From Thraustochytrium aureum (taxonomy: Eukaryota), in NCBI GenBank assembly GCA_012862495.1, contig BLSG01000305.1, positions 1-36,470 of the forward strand: 36,470 nt of DNA, written 5' to 3'. The notes under the pieces were generated by a model. It saw only the letters and a program-made list of their open reading frames with translations. It had not been told where the DNA came from and ran no database searches. Below are positions 22,086 to 32,135 of the stretch, piece after piece. Position numbers and translations under genes: made by a program. The number at the start of each line of letters is the position of its first letter. Within the stretch, counting starts at the first letter, position 1.

Positions 22086-22864
22086 GGCGCCTGGCTGATG
22101 CGAGAGACTTTTTTGGCGGCTCTGCCCTCGGCGCTCGTTGCGATCGGGGTCTGTGCAGCAGACGATGGCACGAAACCAGCGCTTCGACTAGAGGCGAGTA
22201 GAATTGCTGGCATGAGCGCAGAGTCCCAACCAGCACCGGAAAGGACAGACACAAGCCCCGTGGCGATCAGCGTTCCCCATCGATGAATCCCCAATCGAGC
22301 TCGGAGTGCGTACCCGGTAGAGTACTGGTACGTACAGGTTCACCCACGCCACCGCTCGGTCTTGATCAATCACATGAAAACGCAGATCGGTCAACAGCGC
22401 GCACACTCATCGTGAGAGATCAGGTTGGCTGGTCGGGTTGACAACCGTTCTCGGTGCCAATCCCGGGCGAGCGTTGCTTGGCCTGCCTGCCAGCGCTGGC
22501 AGCGTGGAGGAGGCACGTGCTGCTCCACCGGCAGGCGGCTGGCGCGTCCAGGACGATCTTGCACTGGCAGACGGACATTCCGCGAGGCTGCTGCCCGTCT
22601 CGCAAAGCTCGATCTGCACCGACCCAATCAACAGGGCACCGGCCGCGACCCTGGACGTGCAGCACGTTCACGTTGGTGCAAGGGCGCCTCATTCATGAGG
22701 ATGGAAGGCAGCAAGCTGCGAGTGGAGCTGCGTTGACGAGCTCTCCATCCAGAGAGGATCAACTCATGACTCTGGATCTGCAAGGCGGATGACGGGCTCG
22801 CTTTTGGCGAGCTGCTGCATGAACCAATGAGGCTCCTTCCTCCCTGCATGAGCTGGCAGGCTCT

Positions 22865-22916
22865 GGCTCGCTGGCTGGCTCAGGCTCGCTGGCTGGCTCA
22901 GGCTCGCTGGCTGGCT
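22865..22916. repeat. 18-bp tandem repeat GGCTCGCTGGCTGGCTCA, about 3 copies
   Basis: Directly visible in the GH28/OYE divergent intergenic region. Confidence 0.9.
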
Positions 22917-23438
22917 GCTCGACAATCGATAGACTGTCCTCTCAACATGCCAATCGGCCATTGTGGGATTGTCCCAAGCCAGCGAACAGTGAACAAATCT
23001 CGCGCAAACGGACATCCCGAACCTACGAAAGCTACGACGTGCAACTGAGCTGCTTGCTGCAGGCGCGCCGCTCGGCTCCGGTCTGCTGCCTGCGGCTGAG
23101 GAGCCCCCGAAGGCGTGCCGGTGGTGGCTTGGCTCGAAGCCCCGTGCTCAAGGGCAGGCACGTCAAGTCGTGAACAGTGGATGCGCCATGCATCCCAAAT
23201 GCTGGAATGCCGCGAGAGGCTCGCTCCCGCGCCGGCCTCGCTCGCCGTTGACGCACGCGCTCCACGTGGCGACGCGCGGCGGACGCACGGTCGCGGCGAG
23301 CAGTGCCCTGGCGCTGCGCGGGGGCGCACCGAGCGGCTCGGAAGGACGTGAGGCCTAGAGGTGAGGTCGGAATGGGCCGGACTGTTCGCGCGCACAGGCG
23401 CTGCAGAGCCGAGAGCGGGCAGGCCTGGGCGACTGAGC

Positions 23439-23482
23439 GGCAGGCAGGTCAGTCGGTCGGTTGGTCGGTCGGTCGGTCGGTC
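23439..23482. repeat. (GGCA)/(GGTC)n microsatellite
   Basis: ggcaggcaggtcagtcggtcggttggtcggtcggtcggtcggtc. Confidence 0.85.
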
Positions 23483-23648
23483 ATTGCCACGGAGCCGCTC
23501 GCTCCGGGGAGACCGCGGAGGGGCCTCCAGGGCCAGATCAGTGCAAGGCCAGCGACGCCCGCGCCCTCGCTCGGAAAGTGCGAGTCACGCGTGGCCTCCG
23601 ACTTGGAGCAGCGCAGCGCTGCACAGCAAGCGGACGCAAGCCACAGGG

Positions 23649-25048
23649 ATGCCGGCTTCCATTGAGACCCCGCTGACGCTCCCGTGCGGCGCAGTGCTCC
23701 CGAACAGGCTATGCAAGCTGCGACAACAGAAGGCGTTGCGGACGAGCGCGGACGGGCTGGTGTAGCGCACGAGCGGCTGTACCAAGCCTGGGCCGAGAGC
23801 GGGTGCGGCCTGATTGTGACCGGCAACGTGGTAGTAGACCGCAGGTACGTCGAGAGGCCTGGCAATGTTGCTATTGACGGCGAGCTCGACGCTGAGGCCG
23901 AAGACGGTCTTCGCCGCATGGCTGCCGCGGGTCGGAGTCGCGGCGCCCATGTCTGGGTCCAGCTATCACACGCCGGCCGCCAGAGCTCGCGAGCCGTGGC
24001 CCCTATCGCTCAGGCGCCAAGCTCTGTGGACGTGCGGATGCCGATACCGATGCCCAAAGCTCGCGAAATGACTGGGCGCGAGATCGCCCAAGTCATCGAC
24101 CGTTTCGCGGCCGCCGCGGCAGTCTGCAAGCGCGTCGGCTTTACAGGCGTGCAAATCCACGCCGCGCACGGCTACCTTTTGAGCAGCTTCTTGAACCCGC
24201 GAGCCAACCTCCGCGAGGACGAATTCGGTGGCTCCCTCGAGAATCGCGCAAGGGCGCTCCTCGACACGGTTGCCGCCGTGCGTTCAAAAGTGGGTCCTGG
24301 CTTCCCCATCTGCGTCAAGCTCAACAGCTCTGACTTTCAGAAGGGCGGGCTGTCCCGCGAAGACGGCGTGCGAGTGGGCCAGTGGCTCGAGGAGGCCGGC
24401 GTGGACCTCTTGGAGCTCAGCGGTGGCAACTACGAGCGCCCAGCCATGATGGGCGGCGCTGCGCGCCGGTCGACGGTGTCGCGCGAGGCCTACTTTCTCG
24501 ACTGCGCGGAAGACATGGCGATCGGCCTTCGTGAGATGCCGCTGCTCTTGACAGGCGGCTTTCGCTCGCGGAGCGCGATGGACGCCGCTCTCCAAGAAGG
24601 CGCGGTCGACGTCATTGGGATTGCTCGCCCGCTGTGCGTCGACCCGCGCTGCACGAGCGCGCTCCTGGACCGCTCTTCAACCGAGTTGCCTCGGCCGGAG
24701 GAAGACTACCCCACGCCGTGGGTATTGACGGCGGCCTCCAAGCTGACCGGCGCTCTCGTGCTTTCGACGAGCGGGCAACAGATGCTCTTTTACAAGAACT
24801 TGCTCGAGTGGTCAAAGCAGGCCCGCCCGGCGCCGCGCCGCGGCGCAGCCAACCTCTTGCTTGTCATGCTCGAGATGCAACTCTACGACGCGCGCAAGGC
24901 GGCGCAACTAGAAGCTGTTCCTGCCTTGCCCCAGCAGGACCTCGACGCGCTCGCGGACGCTCGAAGCCGCGCGCGCCGCGTTTTCGGCGGGGCAATCCTG
25001 TTCCTTCTCGCACTACTCTTTGCGCGTCGCCGCGCTCTCAACGCGTAG
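23649..25048 (+). CDS. NADH:flavin oxidoreductase / Old Yellow Enzyme family protein with C-terminal hydrophobic anchor; frameshift at ~23716
   Basis: MPASIETPLTLPCGAVLPNRLCK joins AATTEGVAD by adding one base. Motifs GLIVTGN, VQLSHAGR, GFTGVQIHAAHGYLLSSFLNP, REDEFGGSLENRAR, KLNSSDF, ELSGGNYE, TGGFRS, IGIARP. Tail VFGGAILFLLALLFARRR. Confidence 0.92.
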
Positions 25049-25660
25049 GCTCGAGCGCCGTGGACCGGCCTCGCCACAGGCAAGCGACCCGTTTCCACCA
25101 TGTCGTTGACAGGCAGTCAGCCAAAGCGAGGCGTTGGCGACGGCCCAGCAACATCCTGACCCTACTCACTCCGTGACATGCGATGAGACCTGTCTTCAGA
25201 AATTCAACTTCGTGCCAATGCGAGCTCGTCTTCTCGACGCCGGGTGCATCTGCTCGAGCCACGCAGTGCCCGTCGAGAGCGCGCTCATCGAGCGCATNNN
25301 NNNNNNNNNNNNNNNNNNNNNNNNNNNNNNNNNNNNNNNNNNNNNNNNNNNNNNNNNNNNNNNNNNNNNNNNNNNNNNNNNNNNNNNNNNNNNNNNNNNN
25401 NNNNNNNNNNNNNNNNNNNNNNNNNNNNNNNNNNNNNNNNNNNNNNNNNNNNNNNNNNNNNNNNNNNNNNNNNNNNNNNNNNNNNNNNNNNNNNNNNNNN
25501 NNNNNNNNNNNNNNNNNNNNNNNNNNNNNNNNNNNNNNNNNNNNNNNNNNNNNNNNNNNNTTTTTTCATTTTCTTTTGCGGCCGAGACCGTCAGTGTCGC
25601 ATCGCTCGACGCCCACTCTCTCTGGAGGAGCGGCAGCGGCCGAAGAGCAAGCGCCGTGCG

Positions 25661-28477
25661 ATGGACGACCGCGACGAGGGCGCGCCGGAAACGACCTCGG
25701 GTCTGCACGGCGGTCTCGACTGGTCCGGGATCTGGGCTGCCGACGAACGGCGCGGGCCACGCCGCGGCCCGCAGAAAAGCAACGGTGCCGCGACGCGGAC
25801 AGGGCACTCGAGCGAGGCTGCCGAACCGGGGGGCCGCAAACGCCGCCCCACAGATTCCGGAGGCGCGTGGGGTCCTGGGAGGAGTGGACCGAGGACATTC
25901 AACTCGAGGCTAGTGTCGATGGCCCGAGCTGGGCGAAGCGGAGGCCGCTGAGCAGCTCTGGAGCGCCTGGCTTCCCCACGGCGCAGCCGCCGAGCGCACA
26001 GTCGCGCGTCTGGCCCTCGTATAGTGGTGCACATCCCCGTGAGGCGGCAATCGAGCCTGCGGACCCTGTCAACTACAGCAACAATCGGCGTTATTGGACC
26101 GGTCCTTGGTTGGAATCAGTGCGAGGCGCCACCTCGCCGCGCCAGCGCCCAGACGAGTGGGAGAGGCCCACGACCGCACCGCCTGTCTCGGCGCCTGTTC
26201 ATGGCGATTATTCAGAGCCAGCAGCGAACGGCCTCCCAGACGAGCCAAGCCCTTTCCGAGTGGAAAAAGGTAGTTTCCCGCCTGCTCGAAGTGCGCAGCC
26301 TCCAGACCTGAATGCGGCGTATGGACGTTTGAACAGTGCTGTTCTCGCCCTCTGGGACCGCCCCCGTAACGGGGCGCACGATAGTTTGGCGAGCAGTTCC
26401 AGGTCAGTCAAAGGGATACCGCGTGCCGCACAGCTCGAGCGCGCCGCTCGAGCGGTTCTCGATTTCAACGGCAAGGCCCACGTTTCCCTCGCCCGGCTGC
26501 GCCACCGCGCCTTCGGCCACTCTGAAGGAGACGAATTCCACTTGGAGACAAAGCAGGACGACCGCCTTGTCGCCTTGGGCGCTGTGGTCTACCTCCTACA
26601 GCGCCAGCCGCGCCTCACAGTCTCTTTGCTTGGTCTCGTGAGCCGCCAAGGAGACCCCAGGGTTGCCGCGCGCGCTGTCCCCGCGCAATTCTCTGCGGCG
26701 CTCTGCACCCTGTTTCAATTGCGGAGGCACGGTCGCTCGACCTTGTTGCGCAGCTCATTCACGCTGTGAGCACGGGCGCTGTCGGCCAAAGCTCGCTATG
26801 GTGCGCTCTACTTGCGATCGGCGATCGGTCGGACGTGCGGGAGCCGCTGGAGGCAATGCGCGACTTTGTCTCCGCGGAGGCCGTTCNNNNNNNNNNNNNN
26901 NNNNNNNNNNNNNNNNNNNNNNNNNNNNNNNNNNNNNNNNNNNNNNNNNNNNNNNNNNNNNNNNNNNNNNNNNNNNNNNNNNNNNNNNNNNNNNNNNNNN
27001 NNNNNNNNNNAGCGCTTTGCGCATTGTGCAGCTCCTCTGGGCTGCGCTAGCAGACGGCTGTCCTGTGCACCCTGCGCGATTTCTGTTCGAGGCCTGGCTC
27101 GTCCCTTTCTTCGACAAGCTTGGCGCAAGCGACTTGGCCGCGAAGCTTAGTGCTGCTGGCCTGGCGGCCGCCAAAAATCTGGCGTTGGCCGATCAAGTGG
27201 AGCCCGGCGCGTCAGGCGCTTTCCTTCTCCAAAACGCAGCTGACCGTGATCTCCATCAAGTCGCCAAGGACTGGGTCCAGCAGCTCGCCGAGCGCCCCGT
27301 TGCTGCGCCCGCTGGCATCCCCTCAGATTTGTTCTGCCGGCTCGTGGTCCTTCGAGGGTCAGAGGTGGCCGCGATTTCGCGCGCCGTCGCGGCTTTCTCT
27401 CAAACAATGGCAACGCGCGGACTGGACGGATTCGCTGCGCCTGACCAGGAGCTCATTGCGCAGGTGTCCCGCCTCGCCTCAAGTCTGGCGCAGGTGCCGG
27501 CCCCGGAACGGCCGTCATTGCCGGATTGGTGGTTTCTTGTTCGGGCTCGCCGCCCGTCCGGAGCTCAGCAAGAGCCGCGCTTCGACTTGAGCGGTTCGGG
27601 GCTCGTGGCTCACTTCGCTCACCGACTTGATGCCTTGGGTACTGTGCTTCGGCGCGTGGAAGAGGCCCTCGCGCGCGAGGCGCTGCTTCGAGGTGGCCGC
27701 GTCGCGGAGGACTTGCGCGCCCAGGAGCTCGACGCTATCGTGGCAGACCTTTCAAGTTTCCGCGGGGAAGCCACAGCGGCAGAGACAATGCTCGCCGAGC
27801 TCAACGCCCACCAATTGTTCTTGAACAATGTGGCAGAGCACTTGCAGGGCTCCCTCAAGCGCCTTGCCTCTGCCGGGCCTCGCCAGGTGCCCGAGACGCC
27901 GCGCCGGGAACCGTTTCCGGCAGTGCGCGAGGCCAACGCGAGCCCTGCCCCTGCAGCAACCGAGCTCGGGGCTCGCGCCGCGCCATCTGCTGCGCGTGTT
28001 GAGCGCATCGTCGCCGCGTTGCACCAACCACACGAGCTCCTGGAGAAGGTCTTTGCGCCGGACGGGCGGGGCGGCCTCGCGAGTTCGGGCGCGCGCGAGT
28101 GCATTTTCCGGCTTGCAGCGGATCGGGAAAGCATCGTAGTGTTGAGCCAAGGGCGCGACGCAGAGGAGCGCGTCGTGATACCAATTGATATGGTCCTTGC
28201 AGCAGATATGGGCCTAGCGCCGGCCTGCACAAGAGCCGACGGGATCCGCTGGAGCGAGTCCCTCGGTTGCTGCTTTTACATCCGCCTGGGCACCGGGAAG
28301 ACTGTGCAGCTTGTCAGCGCATCCGAGGACGTTGCTCTGAAATGGGTTTTTGCATGCCAGCACCTGGGTCGCTTTTGCGTCAAAAGCCTGGGCGAGCAAG
28401 AGTTTGAGCGGCGTTCGAGCACGTTTCGCGAGAGGCGGGCCAGTCTCGGCTCCCGCAGCTCGCGAGGATCCGCGTGA
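25661..28477 (+). CDS. Large protein with disordered N-terminus, degenerate RasGAP-like region and C-terminal PH-like domain (2 frameshifts, 1 gap)
   Basis: ATG 25661 frame joins ORF 25183-26769 at the G-run 25869-25872, then the next frame at the T-run 26713-26715, then ORF ..28477 after the gap. VYLLQRQPRL and ARFLFEAWLVPF...AAKNLA resemble RasGAP/IQGAP motifs. CCFYIRLGTGKTVQLVSASEDVALKWVFACQHL is a PH-like terminal strands-plus-Trp-helix. Confidence 0.6.
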
Positions 28478-28594
28478 CCCGCAAGGAGGACAAGCTCTCT
28501 TGGCCCAGGGCTGATGCAAGTCTCTTGAATGGAGGGTAATTTATTATTTGAAGTTTTGGCCAGCACAGCGCGAACGATGCTCATCGCACGGGTT

Positions 28595-31048
28595 CTAGGG
28601 GTCGCCTGGAGCACTGCTGGTGGCGGTGGCGAACTGCGTGGGGGCGATTGTGCCAGTCTTGCTGCTTGCCGATCTGGCAGACTCGGATCCGACCGCCGTC
28701 GTCAGCTTGGCGTACGCGGCATACACGCGCGACCCTGCAATGAGGGCAGCCGTGACAATGGTGGAGAAGGAAACGCATCCAGCCACAAACACGGTCTTGT
28801 CCGCGACAGTGAGGCCGTCCAGCATCGAGATCGCGAGCGCGAAAGTGGTTGCCATCGCCGCGTTGTAGTTACTGAAGAACATGAACTTGGCCTCGCCAAA
28901 AATCAGCCCGGAGAAGTTGCGCGTCTGCTGCGCAAGGACGCAGGAAACGGCCATGGCCATAAAGGCGACAAAGAGCACAACGAGAAGCAGGTTGCCGTCC
29001 GAGGGGCACGACGTCTCCTTCACCCCGTAGTTTGCGTCCGCGATGGACTCCACCGGCTCAAAACCAGCCACGATGGCCCAAAGCCCGAACCAGAACGACC
29101 CAAACGCTGTGAGAAACGAAGCGGAGAACCTCAGCAAGACCGTCTTTTTCTTCGTGCTCCGCTTGTCCATGCGATACTTGACANNNNNNNNNNNNNNNNN
29201 NNNNNNNNNNNNNNNNNNNNNNNNNNNNNNNNNNNNNNNNNNNNNNNNNNNNNNNNNNNNNNNNNNNNNNNNNNNNNNNNNNNNNNNNNNNNNNNNNNNN
29301 NNNNNNNNNNNNNNNNNNNNNNNNNNCATCAGAAACGAGACGCGAAGGGCGCACTTGACCGCTGTGGGTTCGCCAACAGCAAAGATGCTGGACGTGTTGA
29401 GCATGCCCGCGCCAAGCATGAAGATGGCCATCGTCTGAAGCCGCGCGGCCTTGATGGCCGGCTCTTTCCGGTATATGAGGAGTGCCAGCCCGAACATCGT
29501 GAGGATGATGAGGGCGAATGCAACGAGCGCCAGGATCGTTTTCGCAGTAGAGCTCACTGCCGGCACGTAAGAGCAGCTGAGCTCGTGGACGACAGTGACG
29601 GGAAGCTCCGCCGTCCTCCAGCGCGACTCATACAACGAGGGCTCCCTGGAAGAACAGGGGTCGGAGGGCGCGGTTACACGAACAAGGCCGTCGGCCTCGT
29701 AGCGAGACCTGTTGAAAAACTCGAGAACGTCGCGCTTGCCATCGGCGCTGCAGGGGCAGCCGACAAAGTCGGGCTCAAGGATCTCGCCTTGCCACGTCTC
29801 GTTTGTGTACTGCGATTGCACGGCGACCTCCCAGGATTGCCAGGTAGCTCTGTTTGCCTTGGCCCAGTCGCAGGCAATCGTGTGCAGCGGCTTCTCAGGG
29901 TTGTTGTACTGATCGGCAAGCATCTTCTCCTGCTGATCAGTCGAGGCGTACCGGAAGGCGGAGAGAAGGAGGGCGACGTCCGGCTTGGACTTTGCAAGGT
30001 CTTTCGAGTAGGCCTTGTAAAGCACTTCGGAGGGGTAGTCGCAGTCCACGCCGCCGTCGCCGAGCTTTTGCCAGCAATCTGCGTTGTGAGGGGGCAGCAT
30101 GATGCGCGTGAGGTTTTGAATCTGAAACAGAGCGTGGGGCTCCCAAAAGTAGACGATGACAGGGTCCCGGTTCTGGACGGAGTCTTCAACTGCGCGGATC
30201 AGGTTTTGCTCGGTGCCCGCAAACTCGATCGTCAGGTTGAGTCCTAGATTGCGGATAAGCTGGTCGTCCACCTGAACCCAGTCTTGCGCACCGGCGACGT
30301 AGCGCCCACCTGTAGAAGGGATCTTTCGGTCCAAGTCCGCGTCGCACTCGCTCGCGCTGGCCATGCCGCCCCTTTCCACTGGCGTTCCGCCGAAATCGGC
30401 TTGCGGCATGCAGGGAAAGATGTCGCGCGTCTCAGAGTAGATATCTGATGGGCAGCACATGGACTCCCCATTCGGGTTTGCGAAGAGCGCCGACTTGCTC
30501 GGGTCCAGGAGCGTTCGCCAGTACTCGAGGGCGAGGTCGTGCTCTTCTAGAACAAACGTGGGGACGTACCAACCGATGATCCCAGTGGCGCCCAAGCTCC
30601 CGCCGTCGACGACGCTCGACTCTTCGAGGACGTACTTGAAAAAGTTGTCGTGGTGGCCTGAAGGCCAGATTTCCAGGATGGCGTCCAGGTCGCCGTCTGC
30701 CATTCGCTTGAACATGCCAGAGGCCGTGTCGGAGTCCTGCTCAAGTTCTTCGGAGATCTCGACTGGGTAGCCCAGGAACTCTTCAATGAAAATTGCGGCA
30801 AGGTGGACGTTCAAGGATGATCCGACCCAAGAGTTTACGCCAAGTCGCACAGCACACGGGAACGTGCCGTTTTCATCCTTCTCGCAGCGAAACTTGGTCC
30901 CGTCTGCTTTCGGCCATTGATCCTCGTCAAAGCAGCACTTGGCCGGGTCGAGGGCGCACGACTCTTGGAACAGGTTGTCCGTCGCGCTCGCGAGAGGGAC
31001 GGAGCTCGCGGCCAGAGTGCCGAGGACGGCTAGTCCGAGAAGCCGCAT
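28595..31048 (-). CDS. Class C (7tm_3) GPCR-like receptor with a glycine-betaine-binding (OpuAC/ProX-like) extracellular domain
   Basis: Signal peptide. SBP motifs SWVGSSLNVHLAAIFIEEFLGYPVE, DAILEIWP, GATGIIGWYVP, PVIVYFWEPH, ACDWAKAN. 7TM motifs YRKEPAIKAA, PTAVKCALR, TRNFSGLIFGEAKFMFFSNYN. The gap at 29184-29326 covers part of TM3. Confidence 0.85.
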   Translation of the reverse strand: MRLLGLAVLGTLAASSVPLASATDNLFQESCALDPAKCCFDEDQWPKADGTKFRCEKDENGTFPCAVRLGVNSWVGSSLNVHLAAIFIEEFLGYPVEISEELEQDSDTASGMFKRMADGDLDAILEIWPSGHHDNFFKYVLEESSVVDGGSLGATGIIGWYVPTFVLEEHDLALEYWRTLLDPSKSALFANPNGESMCCPSDIYSETRDIFPCMPQADFGGTPVERGGMASASECDADLDRKIPSTGGRYVAGAQDWVQVDDQLIRNLGLNLTIEFAGTEQNLIRAVEDSVQNRDPVIVYFWEPHALFQIQNLTRIMLPPHNADCWQKLGDGGVDCDYPSEVLYKAYSKDLAKSKPDVALLLSAFRYASTDQQEKMLADQYNNPEKPLHTIACDWAKANRATWQSWEVAVQSQYTNETWQGEILEPDFVGCPCSADGKRDVLEFFNRSRYEADGLVRVTAPSDPCSSREPSLYESRWRTAELPVTVVHELSCSYVPAVSSTAKTILALVAFALIILTMFGLALLIYRKEPAIKAARLQTMAIFMLGAGMLNTSSIFAVGEPTAVKCALRVSFLMXXXXXXXXXXXXXXXXXXXXXXXXXXXXXXXXXXXXXXXXXXXXXXXXVKYRMDKRSTKKKTVLLRFSASFLTAFGSFWFGLWAIVAGFEPVESIADANYGVKETSCPSDGNLLLVVLFVAFMAMAVSCVLAQQTRNFSGLIFGEAKFMFFSNYNAAMATTFALAISMLDGLTVADKTVFVAGCVSFSTIVTAALIAGSRVYAAYAKLTTAVGSESARSASSKTGTIAPTQFATATSSAPGDP

Positions 31049-32135
31049 GCTTTGCTGGGTCTTGCGGCTCGCGCAAAGTCGGGGGGATCAGGTCCTCGTG
31101 GTTGTTGTGATGGTGTTGATCAAAAGCAGTCAATCGAGCTTGAGTCTGTTTCGTCGAGCAGGAGTCGTTACGGGTCTGCTGCCACGAAAGAGTTGCGGAG
31201 TGTTTTCCCTTGGGAGCAGGTTGAGCTGGGCGTTAATGCGCTCTGTTTTCTCCTTCTCGATCGATGAGCTCCGTTGACCGTTCAGGCTGCAGTCCGGCGA
31301 GCGGCGTGGTGCGCTGTTTTGAACAGCAGAGTTGAGCAACAAACAAAGAAGGCGAGCGCGTATCCGTTCCCTCATAAATAGAGGCGTTGGGCAGAGCCGC
31401 GCTCACTCTGCTCGCTTAGAATCTGCAATTCGCTCGACTCCGCTTCGCCGGTGTCTGCCAAGGATTTCGGCTTCGTACTCTCAGTCAAGGAGGGTTTTAG
31501 CCGCTCGGTCAGTACTTTTCCCTTCGCGTGCCAGTTGCAGTCCAGACTTTTTTTTGCCTTTTTGGGGTCGGTGCTCCTTCGAGGCCCCGGTAACTGAGCA
31601 GAGCAGACCATCCCATGTATGTCCTCCGTCTCCTACTACGTCTATCCTACCCTGAACTGCGTGCGTGCCAGTCTCAGCCCGGCTCAGCTCTGGTGAGGGC
31701 CTGAGTTTCACGCGTTGAACGTCCCGAAACAAGAGAATCTCAACGGCTCTGACGACCTGTTCAAGCCCAAATGAGTAAAGCATCTCCCAAAAGGAGCTGA
31801 GCTAGGCCTTCAGGCACTGCGGCAAGTCTTGTTTGTTGCTACTCTGCCGCTCTGCCGCTCTGCCGACCATCGGCTGCAAGACGGTGAGGCAGAGCCAGCC
31901 TTTAAAAAAACGGCCAACGGATACCTACCAACGGAACTCGCTCGAGGAGCAGTTTACAGCGGTACAACTGCGTGAACTGGTTCGGACTGAGGAGGCCGAG
32001 CGTCCTTTGGTAACCGTGGCGAGTCGTCCCACGAGCCGTTGCGGAGAGCCAGCCGCGCCAAGCGCAGGACCCTCCCATTTCGCGCAACGGCCACCACGCT
32101 TCATTTTTTGGTGGAAACGCAGGCGGAGGATGAAG

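Noticed and set aside
22100..23640. Many short ORFs in the GH28/OYE intergenic region
   Set aside because: No consistent frame or motif, and the region is interspersed with microsatellites; treated as divergent promoter/UTR sequence. No ncRNA recognised.
5392..28477. Programmed ribosomal frameshifting or pseudogene status for the split genes
   Set aside because: No common slippery motif, mixed shift directions, no internal stops, and conserved motifs intact; sequencing error is more parsimonious.
28529..30247. Long antisense ORFs (28529-30247 +, 17645-18610 -, 17680-18501 -, 18643-19560 +, 15398-16054 + and similar)
   Set aside because: Shadows of real genes on the other strand, expected with high GC; no recognisable motifs.
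31050..32135. Short ORFs between the GPCR and the C92-like gene
   Set aside because: No domain-like sequence and lower GC; likely UTR/intergenic.
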